A stretch of 63,391 nucleotides of DNA, the filler included, from Choristocarpus tenellus KU-1152 (lineage: Eukaryota; Protista; Phaeophyceae), in NCBI GenBank assembly GCA_964200185.2. It is 13 parts of 13 records of this genome, joined end to end, with 100 filler letters (N's around TTAATTAATTAA, not from the genome) between each part and the next. Parts side by side here need not be neighbours in the genome. Positions count along the whole stretch, not along the records: positions 50,404 to 53,360 come from CAXNAD020023367.1; positions 53,461 to 60,362 come from CAXNAD020007107.1; positions 60,463 to 63,391 come from CAXNAD020023585.1; 10 more parts are not named here. One strand, given 5' to 3'. The position numbers and the translations under genes were made by a program. Below, in pieces: positions 51,823 to 63,391 of this stretch (its first letter is position 1; each line of letters begins with the position of its first letter). The notes under the pieces were generated by a model. It was given only the letters and a program-made list of their open reading frames with translations. It ran no database searches and had not been told where the DNA came from.

Positions 51823-54604
51823 TGCTCCCTGATCCTAGCATTGATCAAGGCATCATGCGATAGCTTTCTGTACATGTTGAAGGTATAAATAAACCTTTTT
51901 TAGTGCCTTCTCCGACACTGCTATTTCTGAGGGTGATTATCTTGCTTGTGGGCTCGACGTCCAGGCACTTCCGGGTGCCATGCTCTGGGTGGAGACTTGG
52001 TGACCGACTGAGTGTGTGGATCTCTTTGTGCGGTTGTGACAAGATAGAGTGCCAGAATCTCCAGATACGACCTTGCCCGGATGAGAAGTATGGTGTCATC
52101 TACAGGGATAGTAGTTGTGTTGGTGAAAGTGGGGAAGAGCCCTTCTCTTCTGAAGATGTGAGTAGATCAAGCCATGACATAGAGGCAGCGTGTAGCAGGA
52201 GTTGCCTTCTCAGAAAGGACAGAGAAAAAGGTAGCTACAGCAAGCGACATCTTGCTCTCTGCACACCTTCAGCAGTCACCCCTAAGATTTTTCTTTAGGC
52301 AGAAGAATACTTGCAAAATCATTTTGACAGTTACACTTAGTGGTGGTATTGCAGAGATGCTGTTAGTCCAATGTCTAACTGCTGGTTCACACATTCTTCA
52401 TACTCCTGGACCATGTAATACTCTCGCGATTTTGTGATGCTCACTTGATCTTTATTCAGACCCCTGTAGCAGAACAGCTCCACATAGCAACCCAGCTCCC
52501 ACCAGGGTCCTATGGCTCTGTTGGGAAAGTGGGTTCAGGATCAGTTTTAATCCAACACATTGGGGGAAGGGAGGGCCTACCTCATTGCCTGCGGAAGGCC
52601 TATGTTGGTTTTGGGGGCCACTTGCTTGTTTCTTGGCAAACGCGTCTCTTTTGCCCGGCAGGGGCATTAAGGACCAGGAACACCTCTTTCATTGATGGCT
52701 ACACATGGGCTGTGGCTCGGTGTCGCGCTGCTGGTCGGAATCCACCCCAGGTCCAGTCCCATGGAATGTGCCACACTAGTGAGTCAGGGAGGAGGACCTC
52801 TGTATCTATGGTGGTAGAAGGCACCACCAGGCCCCAATTCATCACTCCATGGTGTTGGGGGCATTTTGAAACCGAGATCCACTACTGTCTTCCTGGTGAC
52901 GTTTTGAGTCTCTGGGTGAGACTGGATCTGAAGGCAGCAGGGGCTACCAGAAACTCAATGCAGACAAACATGATCAATGGAGGGATATCCACTGAGTCGA
53001 GGAGTCAAGCTAAGTTTCTTCAAGAGATAACTCCACAGGCACGTGATCTTACAATTCATATGGTTGACAATGTGCATGCCGAAGGAATTGCTCATATGGT
53101 GTGGGGAGAGGCTGGAAATCTGCAGGATGAAGAGGGCACAGAAGGTCGAGTCATGGCTATGGAGCGGCTGGACTTTGCCCATGATAGTCCAATGAATATG
53201 GCAGCTGCAGGGGGGCAATGGGCTTGCTGAATGCCTTCAAGGAGTAGTGATGTTGAGTGGGTCAAAATATCTGGGGGGGGGGGGGTGGAGACGTCCGTTT
53301 TTAACCTTTTTTCAAGGTGGGGGGGGGGGGGTGTGGGGAAGGGGTGTATTTTTCGGTGGTNNNNNNNNNNNNNNNNNNNNNNNNNNNNNNNNNNNNNNNN
53401 NNNNTTAATTAATTAANNNNNNNNNNNNNNNNNNNNNNNNNNNNNNNNNNNNNNNNNNNNTATTTCTTTTTTTTTTTTGAAATTTTTTAGTTTGTGTGGG
53501 GGGGGGGGGGGTGGGGTGGGGGATATATGATAGAATCGTTTGTACAAGGCAATTTCTTTTCTTTTTTTTTACTGAAGAGTGTAACGTTCTATGTGACGTC
53601 TTGAAAGGACGTGAAATGTTCCTACTCTTACCAATAAAGACCCTGGAAAAAACGTACTATATATATAGAGAGAGAGAGTTAGGGATTAGTAGGCAATGTT
53701 GTATATAATTGATAACTGGCAGGAGAGGCTTTTATTAGTGACAAGAGGTACTATAAGTATCTATAGTGGTATGGAAACTACAAGCTTTTTAAGTTTTGAG
53801 ATGAAGGGTTGGTATTACAAGGTGGTGTTTTGTTCCTTTTTAATCTACCTGTCAGGTTCACAAGGGGTAAGGGGTATGTAGTTCAATCTTTTGTCAAAAA
53901 CGGTCATCCAGATGCTTACAGGCATGGGAGAAGCCATTGACACTTTATTTTTATTTTTTTTGTACCTTGTATTGTTGCACATTTTTGAATGAAAGATTCA
54001 AGGGTGTCTTTTGAGAGAAGATAGACACTCAACAAAGTTGAAGTTGTGATGTCATGTGATGTCACTTTGTGTTGAAGTTGAGATCCCTACAAGAAAAAGA
54101 AACACTAAAAGAGATATCTATTGCTTTTGTTACCCTGATTTGGTTCTCAGGTTTGTTCTTTTGGGGGGGGGGGGATTCATACCTTGTTTTTGTAAAAAAA
54201 ATGAATTACATCCTCTTTTTTGTTTTTTAAGTTGCACTATTAGTGATCACAACCAAAATTGGAAAGACAAAAAAAAACTTTTTTTGCAATCATGCCTGGC
54301 AAGCTTTGTGAAATCCCTGATCGTGAGATGATCCGATATGTGTGCAGTGTAGGGTGATCAAAATAATTTTGAAAACCCTTAGGGTTAGGGTGTACCGTTG
54401 GAACAACATTGCTGAATGAGAGCAACACAGCTCTTTTGAACCATTTGTGTAGGGATGGCGATAGTGGTAGATGCTGCCATAGACGACCCTGCCTATTGGA
54501 TTGTATATGGGCTAAAAAAGGTACCACACCAAGAAAGTAAAACAAAAGCAGTTTATATCAACATATTTTGTTAGATTATATAGCCATTATTATTATTATT
54601 TTAA

Positions 54605-54729
<125 letters not shown>

Positions 54730-54949
54730 TTACAAATGGTATTACTATATTTTTCGTTGGATCTTCATCATTTTTTATATTATTCTTTTTCATGGTGTAT
54801 TCTAAAATATTTATCATAAACTCCCTGAGTGGTTCATTATAATAATTTTAATATTACAACCAAGTAAAACACGATTAAGGTGTTTTTTTCTAATTTTATG
54901 GCTATTTAAAGACATTTTTGCATTCCATAGTCTTGCTGATTGTGTATGG

Positions 54950-55018
54950 AAAGTGACTCTTTATACATTGCCAGACTTGTTCCGTAGCATTTAATTCAGG
55001 AGAATATGGAGGAAGTGG
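54950..55018 (-). mobile_element. ~70-bp fragment of an IS630-family transposase
   Basis: PLPPYSPELNATEQVWQCIKSHF: the IS630/Tc1 LPxYSPELNxxExxW catalytic-Glu motif. Confidence 0.8.
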
Positions 55019-55593
55019 TTTGAACATGGAATAGATTGTTGGAATGGACTGGGATTAATTCCCACCTGCTCGAGGTATGATACCTCCGAAGTAGGTTGTC
55101 TCTTCCGAAGGTTAAGTTCTTAACCCTAACCCTCAATAATTGTGCTTCTTACTGTATGTTATGCCATGTGTCACCACTGGTAGAGTCTCCATTACCATCA
55201 CCGCCACCGCCTCTTCGATGCTGTTCTCTTTTTTTTTCTTTTTTTTGTTGCATTCATTTTTTAATTTTAGGTAATATTTATCGGTTATTTTTCTTTCCAC
55301 CTGCTGGTTCTTGTTTTTTCTTTTTCCTAGTCCTTGTTGTCCTTTCTCAACCAGTGCGTATTGCCTTCTTTGGACTCTTTTACCCATTTGACCGCAATTC
55401 TGGGGTTAGGGTTAGGGTTAGTATGAAGATAATCATCATGTAATGCTGGAACAAAAATTGAACGGATTTTTTTTTTAATTCTTGGATACTACTGGGGTTT
55501 TTTTATTGATATTGCCTTGATACTCTTTTTAAATACTTTATTTCTTTCCTTGGGGGGGGGGTGGGGGGGGACTCTTTTTGTGTTGTTTTTCAG

Positions 55594-55885
55594 TGGCCTA
55601 AAGGATCTCGGCGTGAAGCTGGACTTCAAACAGCAGAGAGAGTTCATGCGCCTAGCAGACCCAGACAGGAGCGGGAGCATTGACCTTCATGAACTAGCGG
55701 ACCTCTTGCATGATATAGATACCGCCCGTTGTCAAGTAGTTGATGGGGCACCCATGAGCAGCGTGGCAAGCTTGCAGTCTGACCCTGAAGTAAATTATGA
55801 TGGTGAAGAGGATCGGATTGATCGAGTTTTAACAAAGAGGCTGACAGAAAGGCAGCTGACTTCCAACAAATCGTTGAATCCAACA
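55594..55885 (+). CDS. Exon of an EF-hand calcium-binding protein
   Basis: T-rich TTTTCAG acceptor; GLKDLGVKL...MRLADPDRSGSIDLHELADLL with canonical DxDxSGxIDxxE loop. Confidence 0.75.
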
Positions 55886-57102
55886 GTGTGAGATCTTGTG
55901 GTGGTGGTTGGTTGTTGTGCGTGATTTCCATGTGTAACTGCCAAAGGAGGGCCACTGCAAGGTAAAAGATGCGAAGTAGATGTGACTGTTTTTTAGTCCC
56001 TATTTGGGTTGAGTTTGGCTAGATATTTGAGTCCCTATTTTCTGCTGGCGATGAATTGGTGGGATGAGTGTAGTTCAAAGGTTGTCTCTGACGATACAAA
56101 GTACACTCAAAATGCAGTCTTTAGGTGTACCCTTTTTGGTCGCTGCAGTCCCATCTTGGTTTCTCATGTGGTTGTAGTGTATTGGGTTGAGAGCTTGTAT
56201 ATGAAGCCTTTTCCCGCAAGATGGTGTTTCATCTGTCTTGCAGAGAGTCACTTACGAACTGCAGACCTTGCTAAGAGGGTGTGTTTGAGGCTTTTTTTCG
56301 GTCTGTATGTGTTGCGGTTGATTCTTTTGGCTGATGTGGATCGTTTGTGGTTTTGTTTTTTTCTTTGATGGTTTTGGATGTGCTCCTCTCTGTCTCTATC
56401 TCTTCCTCTTTTTACTGTCAATGTATTCGAACCACAAGTAGACTTACTGACTAGAGAGCACGTCTGTGTTGCCCTGATGTGATGAGCGTTTGATACTTCA
56501 TGCATGACCTCTTCTTATCTTCCCCTTGCCTTGTCTTGTCTTGCTTGTGTTCGAAATTATTTTACCTTGTTTTTCGTCAAGAAAAATGTCCGGTTGTCTC
56601 ACCAAGAACGGTAACGTAAAAAGAGACAATTTTTTCTTAATTGTTTAAAAATGAAATGTCGCCGTTTCAGGTTTTAGGAAAAGCGCGATAATAACGATAT
56701 GCTGCCAAATGCTAAAAACAGTTTTTTGGAGGTGGTTGCTTTCAGCAACAAACATTGCAACTTTTTTTTTGTATTCTGCCGTATATCATAGGTTCGATTT
56801 TGGAACTTGCTGAATGGGTTCATATTGGCTTGTCTTATGCTCAGGTAGGTTTCTTGACCTGCAGTCGTCGGAGAATTATACGTTTTCTTTAAGGATTACA
56901 CGGATACAGCTTATTTTTAATTGATATTTTGTTTAACAAGTCACAATCTCATTTCTGGATTGAAATATTAATTGCGGGGATGATACTCAAAGCATTTGAA
57001 TGCCTTTGTTATCTATAAAAACGAAGATTGAAAAATGTCTATACCGTAGTGTATTGTGCGTGTTGTGTGCATCATGGATATAATCGTCTCCTAGGCATAA
57101 TA

Positions 57103-57405
57103 ATGCCTTCAATCTCTCCCTGCCCAGGCTGCCTAGAGTCACTCCCCCCAGAACATCAGGGCACCCTCCCTTGTGAGTGCTCGCTCCACCCCAACTGCAT
57201 GGTCAGCCTGTGTGAAGACGCAAACCATCCTTTCACATGCCCCTACTGTGGAACACACCTACCCATCCCCACACTTTTCAATCGCACCTACACCCCCCTC
57301 ACCAGCCAAAGACACCTTCCTAGCGGTTTATAGCCTGTCTGAATAATGCCACTATAGCCCGAATCCGCCTTTTTTCATCACACAACATTCCGGACAAAAC
57401 ATTAC

Positions 57406-57470
<65 letters not shown>

Positions 57471-59800
57471 TTTTCCTTTGGGGGGGGACCCCCCCCCCCC
57501 CCCCTCCNNNNNNNNNNCTCCTCCCCGGTCACCACCACCACCTACCACCACATCCCTGTCTACCTTGGGGAGTTCACACTCCAAGCGCAGCTTCCACATG
57601 ACTGTGGAGAATGGGTCAGCAGTCTGGATGGAAGAAATGCTTTCAATTGGCCTTCATCAAGGCTCTTGCCCTACGTGCCCAAGGTATATGGGGACACTTG
57701 TAATCTTCTTTGCCCCCCTGATGAGGGAGGGATGAAGATGCTGCCATCAAGATCGGGGGTACAACAAGGGGACCGACCCCGTTGGCCCCCGCCTATATTG
57801 CATGGCAACACATAAAGCCTTACAGTGGGTCCAGTCTGCCTTTGGACACCGGGGGGCTTCCTCCTGAAGCTATCTGGATTACACGTTCATTTTGGCAAGG
57901 GAGATCGGCCTCAACACCATAGCTGCTTTCAAGCAGTTCAAAACTGACCTTTATGAGGTAGGCATTGCTTTCAATATGGACAAGACCTTCACCGCACCTC
58001 CCCAGGACCACCAACCTACGCCCTCAGAACTGGAGCTTCTCTCTACAGCGGGAATCAACCTAGCCCAGAATCCCAATGTGGGAACAGATGGATTCATCCA
58101 AGCCTCACATAGCTGAAGTTATCGAGAGGTCTGGATCACGAACTTTGGCCACACACCTCAGTGAGATGGAGGACAAACAGATGGCCTGGCTCCTCAACTC
58201 CTGGTCCCTCTCCTCCCACCTAGGGTATCTTGCTAGGGTCAGTTCCCCCCACCTGGCATGCTCCACCATAGAGCAAGCGGACAACACCTCATTATGGACA
58301 GTACGGAAGATAATGGAGGTAGCAGACTCGACAGAGGCAACGGACTTTTTTGAGGGGGGGTGTAACAACAAGTGCAGGCACAGATGCCCACAAGTGTGGG
58401 GGGGTTAGGCCTCTCTTCTATGAAACACCTCCAACACACAGCTTTCGTAGGATCACTTGTGGCCGCTCTCCCCACGCGCCTAGCAAAGCAGCAAGGGCCT
58501 CATGGCGAATCCCTCTCACGAGCTGTCTGTGCAAGCCTCACAGTCCGGGCCTTGGGATCGTCCATTCAAACCCTCCTCTCAACAGGTGTCCCTTCCAAAG
58601 ACCTAGAGGAAATCATTGGCCAAGACTGGGTAATCTGGGGGGGAACAACACCCCCTGCACCTGCCCCGGAGGTTCACATTCTGGCAGCTCATGACGCCAG
58701 GACCATGAGGAGGGCTCAACATGAAATCATTCGCCTCCTGAACAGGATCCATTTCGACTCCTTCCGGACAACAGGGAAAGGAAAGCTGCTGACTAGCCCT
58801 AGCACGCCACCAGAGTCAGTGTGGACATGGGGCAAATGGATGGACCTCAACACAACCCCTGGAGCCGGCATGCCAGATCCCCCCCGCAGAGTTAAAGCTC
58901 ACCGTCAGCAGATCCCTAGGGAGGGAGGAGGTCCTGTCAAACACGTGCCCAGTGACTGGGTGCAAGAGGCAAAATGTTGACACCAGGCTCATAGTACCTG
59001 TTGGGGTGGCGGCTGTCCACTTGGGGTCAATTTTTTATGTCGCAATTTTTGTGTGATTTGGTTGTGCATATGTCAGATGGATAATGTAAATGCACTTTTC
59101 CTGATTTTGCCCCAAACGGTCAACCTGGTGTAGACCCCACCCCGCCCCCCAGATACTTTTGGTCACCAGACATGTCCGTACCTGCCCCAAGTCAGGAGGC
59201 CAGGTGCAACAACCCACCCCTACGGTGAACCGCCTAAGCCATCTATGTAAGGGAATGGGCATCCCTTGCACTACGGAGGATGGTAACCCCTTCACTGTAC
59301 ACAAGAATTTCCGCATGGATCTAGTCTTCCATGTGGGGGTACTTGCGAATGCATGATCAGCCCCCTACCAGGACAAAGGCCTCCTGATAGATATCACATT
59401 TCCAGAAGTGCAGGCAACCTCCCACCTTCCACATTCATCCACCAGCAACCGTGTAGCTGCTGCTGCAGCTGAGGCACGAAAGCGCACCCACTACGAAAGC
59501 TCTTTTGTCTCTCGTAGTTATAACCTCAACACTGTCATGGTGGAAATTTTTGGGCGCCTCGGCAAGTAAGCAGAATATTTCCTGGATGAGCTGGCTACAC
59601 ACGCAATAGGGGGGAGAGGAACTGGAGGCTATGCTATGGCAGGAAAGTGGCGGTCAAATCCTGCCTAAGATAAATTGTATCGGTAACAATGCAGGTGGCC
59701 CTGTGTACACAGGTCATGCATTTTAAGCTGGAGTCACCAGGGAGATGGGCAAGGAGGGGTTTGTTGGATTCTTGGGATGCTTCCCTACCTCCTCGCCCTG
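57103..59800 (+). mobile_element. Decayed CRE-clade non-LTR retrotransposon (RING-like N-terminus, partial RT, CCHC knuckle, restriction-like endonuclease)
   Basis: RNAFN; SRSGVQQGD.PVGP; SYLDY (YLDD position); GIAFNMDK; AQMPTSVGGLGL..AFVGS; CPVTGC..DTRHVRTC; RMDLV..LLIDIT..AEARKRTHY..VEIFGRLG; many frameshifts and stops. Confidence 0.85.
58986..59164 (+). mobile_element. MITE family B inserted in the CCHC knuckle of the CRE element
   Basis: GGCTCATAGTACCT...AGATACTTTTGGTC; ACCA/ACCA flanks; removing the element and one ACCA restores NVDTRHVRTC. Confidence 0.9.
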
Positions 59801-60462
59801 GGTGCAGAAATAGATAGATTGTAGGCACAGGAAGACAGTAGCACAACATAGTGAATTAACAAATGGATTGATGTTTTTCATTATGTAATTCACATTTGTG
59901 CCAACTTTTATTTTGGGGATTTTTCAGACATGTGAATAGTTTTCATTAGGTTTTCCCCTGGCACATCTCAAAAAAATGTCAGAGGGCATAATAGTAAAAT
60001 ATGCATTGTCGTGGGCTCCTATCATATTGTTTCGTATCCCTTATCGTGAATCTTCCATTTACGTTACATGTATTGAAGTAAGTATGCTATTACCCAGAGG
60101 ACCTAGGGTCTTCTCCGTTGTCACATGGATGAATTCTCAATGGCTTCTTACTCCAATTCGTTTATGAAGAAGGTCACGAAGCCTATCAGAAGGATACATT
60201 GATATAGAACAAATTTTGGAAGACTGAGGAAGGGGTTTTACGGTGTAGAAACGTGCCATACAGACCCTTACTTGGGAGAAAGACACTGTGGTCTAGACCA
60301 GAAAGGGATATTGAAATTGGTCACCAAAGAACAGAGGATTTTCAAAATTGGGGATGGAGCGGNNNNNNNNNNNNNNNNNNNNNNNNNNNNNNNNNNNNNN
60401 NNNNNNTTAATTAATTAANNNNNNNNNNNNNNNNNNNNNNNNNNNNNNNNNNNNNNNNNNNN

Positions 60463-62367
60463 GGTGTATTGTTCACCACCGATTGAAAGGGTAGCCCTCT
60501 TTCCACTTAGATCGACAAAAACCCGATCCAGCTTTCTTACGCCCTTGTAGACGTGCTGGACCAGTCGCCCTTCTGTATGCCTTGCTCATAGAGCAGCCTG
60601 CACAATGCTCCAGCTGTCCCACCAATGTAATGCCCATTGAAGTGGCGGTGGACTTAAGCAATGCCTCGTGTGTGTGACCATAAGAGCAATGGAAGAGGTT
60701 AATGTCGATGTCGGTGTGGGGAGCGTGGGGTGCAAGTGAGGGGGCTATAGTGGCCTTTAAAGCAACTTTAGCATTTCGATTTAGTCGCGGCAATATGCGT
60801 TGACCATGAAAGGTGTAATGACAACCAGGATCTCTTGTGAAGATAAGTATCCCATCTAACAACGAGAATGTACTGGCTGTAAAAATGTCTTTCACACCCA
60901 TATCAGCTACTGCTTGGCAAGAGAAAAGGTTGAATCCAAGATCTGGGATATGGTTACATTTTGGAGGAGTATTTCTACCTCCTTGTAGTCATGTGATAGA
61001 AACAAGATGATTAGATCATTATAACCAGCGATGTAAAAGGAATTTTGGCTGGCAGTGACTACTCCTTTTGTCTCCAACTCAAGGCTTGTAATTTGTCATG
61101 CGTGTTATCATAATTGTCATGTGACATGAAGTACATGTTGTAACATCACGGGCACGTCCACCACACTTGGTGTAAGTGTGATTTGGGCAAGCTCCCTTCT
61201 CATGTCCATTCTTACCACACCTCTAACAAGGAATCTTCTCGGAACGTTTAGGGTTGGAACTAGAACCATTTTTCTTTCTTCCGCCATGAAATTACGTTCG
61301 ACCCCGTGGCCTTGGCTGTTACGATGAGACTGACTCTTCCCCTGTGATGAGCTATTAAAAACCAGAGCGTGCCTGTTGTTTTGTCTTGAATCCTTCCCCT
61401 GATGAAGGGAAGCATATCGCTCTCTAGCAGTTTTCTCTATACCTGCTTGATATAGTGTCCTCTGTGAGGTCATCATGCGTGTCTCAGTATCGTAATCTGA
61501 TCCAAGAGCACTCAGGAACTGTAGGAGCAGCAGCTTGTCCGAGACCACCAGGTCCATTGATAGCATCCTTCCCCGTAGCTCTTCCAAGTGGTTTAAGGTC
61601 AGGATCGGGTTCGGATCGGATTCGCCCCCTTCTCCACCTTTGAAGTGAAAAACTCACGGAACAAATGTTGGCTATTACCCACTGTATTAGGCATGAACCG
61701 ATCATCTATTGCTCGGAAAAGCTCGCTCGGGCTTTGGTGTGTATAGCANNNNNNNNNCTGGTGGTGGGTGCGACGACAGCAACAGTAAGTGCATGGTAGG
61801 CCTCTTCAGCCATCCAGATATCATTCGCAATGAAGCCATCCGAGAGAAGTTCCTCGTAGGAGCGTTCTAGATTGACTGGTCCTTCACTTGTCAACGCACC
61901 CAAGCAGTGGGTATATCTGCAATGCACGATGAAACGCCTCCGCCAGTTCCGGTAGTCCGAGTCGTCCAATAGTTTTGGCGGTTGGGTCCTTGATCTCTTG
62001 TCTTAGGGCGAACAATATGTGCGCCTGACCCCAAGCTCTCCGAAGAACCAGACCTCCGGCTCATCCCACTTCTGAGGCTCACAGCATCCAAACTGTTTCC
62101 CCTCTCTGGGAAATTTTCCCTCAACATGGGTTCCATAGGACCCACTTCGACTGGCACGTGCCCAGTCGGAGGCCGTGTGCTGGACACAGCGGCCTGGACG
62201 ATGGGATGATTTCCGTCACCGACTCTTTCAGACTGAACCATGAGGTTGCCAACGTTTCTTGACAACTCCGCTACCGTCGTCATGAGCTGTCTGAATTCTT
62301 GGACAGATGGGCCCTTGGAAGGAACAGGTTCCCGCAATTCTTGAATCGCATCTCCTCGTGTAGACAT
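60463..62367 (-). mobile_element. Decayed Ty1/copia gag-protease-integrase(5') region
   Basis: Gag (YRNWRRRF; LQFLSALGSDYD), broken zinc knuckle C*RCGKNGHEKGAC, PDLGFNLFS, pre-integrase FHCSYGH...CAGCSMSK, VFVDLSG. Confidence 0.88.
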
Positions 62368-63391
62368 GATGAAATGATGGGTTAGAAACCTAAGGTTCAA
62401 TATATTGTGTTAAAGTATCTCCCAAATTATCAAAGGGGGAGGATAAAGGCATCAAACCCAGCGAGATTGCTTGATGCCTGCAGAGTGATTAAAGTTAAGT
62501 GGGGCATGCAGCACCCCATAAAATCAGAAGTATTTCCTTTTAAATGGGAACTTTTCTCATACAACTAATCACCAGTGAAAGGTTCTGATAACTCAACCAC
62601 TAATTGATTGTTCCATTACTCCGTACATATTTTACCGTAACTGTCCGATAGAGTTGGAAGAGTCTATGGGGAAGAAATTAGAAGACAAATTCGCCCACTA
62701 GCAATTTCGTAGAAGAATCCTTTGGGGAGCCAAATGGTGAAACGTCCAATCAAAGCAGAATGATGATCTTACAGAGGAGTTATCCAACCAAAGCGAACAA
62801 TACACATTTGTCCCAGCCAACCCAAATGCTGCAAAATCTACATTGCACAAGGATAAGACTCACATTGCTGTAGGTACCATGGAAGATGCGTGTGCTATGT
62901 TTGCCAGCATGTCACACTCTTTTGCCACCTCGGCCGAAACCCTGATCGTTAGGGAGGAACTGGGACTACCTCACCTGAACAGGATGTCTATGCACGAAGT
63001 GGTAACAACCCAAATTTCACTGACACACCAAGAGGTTGTCAACAGTGTGCTGGCAGCCGTCGCGTCAATGCTTCAATCTGTTTTAACCCAGAACTCCTCG
63101 CCAGCTGTCTGTGCTGCCTTGAACAACCGATCTACCCCCATTCCTGAGAAACACAGGACCTCGTTCGTTCCAAAAAGCAATGCATCAAAACCTGTTTGAC
63201 CAATCCCGTCCGTTCCCCAGCCTGTGCTTTGATCCCCACTTGCTTTAGTCACAGATAGGGCGAGCGATACAAGTCGACACCATTTGGGCAAAGACTTACC
63301 TCCATCGTCTACCTCCTAGGACGAAGTCAATGTTGAAACCTGAATCGAATGCATTGTATATGATACATAGACTACGAAGGAAGAGGAATCA

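Noticed and set aside
62368-63391. Copia 5' LTR/PBS and the 118-aa ORF at 62843-63199
   Set aside because: No second LTR to compare, no convincing PBS, and the ORF has no recognisable motif

Overview
Eukaryotic, intron-rich genomic DNA. The gene content (axonemal dynein, intron style, TE families) suggests a flagellated stramenopile such as a brown alga; this is inference. The window is 13 short contigs joined by artificial 100-bp N44-TTAATTAATTAA-N44 spacers, so adjacency across spacers has no biological meaning. Recognisable host genes: two pieces of an outer-arm-type axonemal dynein heavy chain, a two-RRM hnRNP/Musashi-like protein, a WBP4/FBP21-like U1 zinc-finger gene head-to-head with a GDA1/CD39 apyrase, a tandem CCCH zinc-finger gene, an EF-hand exon and a tRNA-Leu(TAA). 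The rest is mostly mobile DNA: two decayed Ty1/copia pieces, a CRE-type non-LTR element (RT + CCHC + restriction-like endonuclease, preceded by a RING-like finger) with a second 3' fragment, a DD39D plant-mariner transposase relic and a Stowaway-like MITE. There are also more than 25 full or partial copies of five short MITE subfamilies; four share G-x4-AAAGT-type termini and the fifth is a more diverged relative. Most notable: (i) this MITE network, one copy of which would form a frame-preserving GT-AG intron; (ii) an AT-rich patch of short bacterial fragments (rpoB, IS630) near TTAGGG repeats; (iii) the RING-like finger ahead of the CRE element; (iv) a candidate cassette/poison exon in the RRM gene. 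Family assignments come from motif recognition only; no database search was run.
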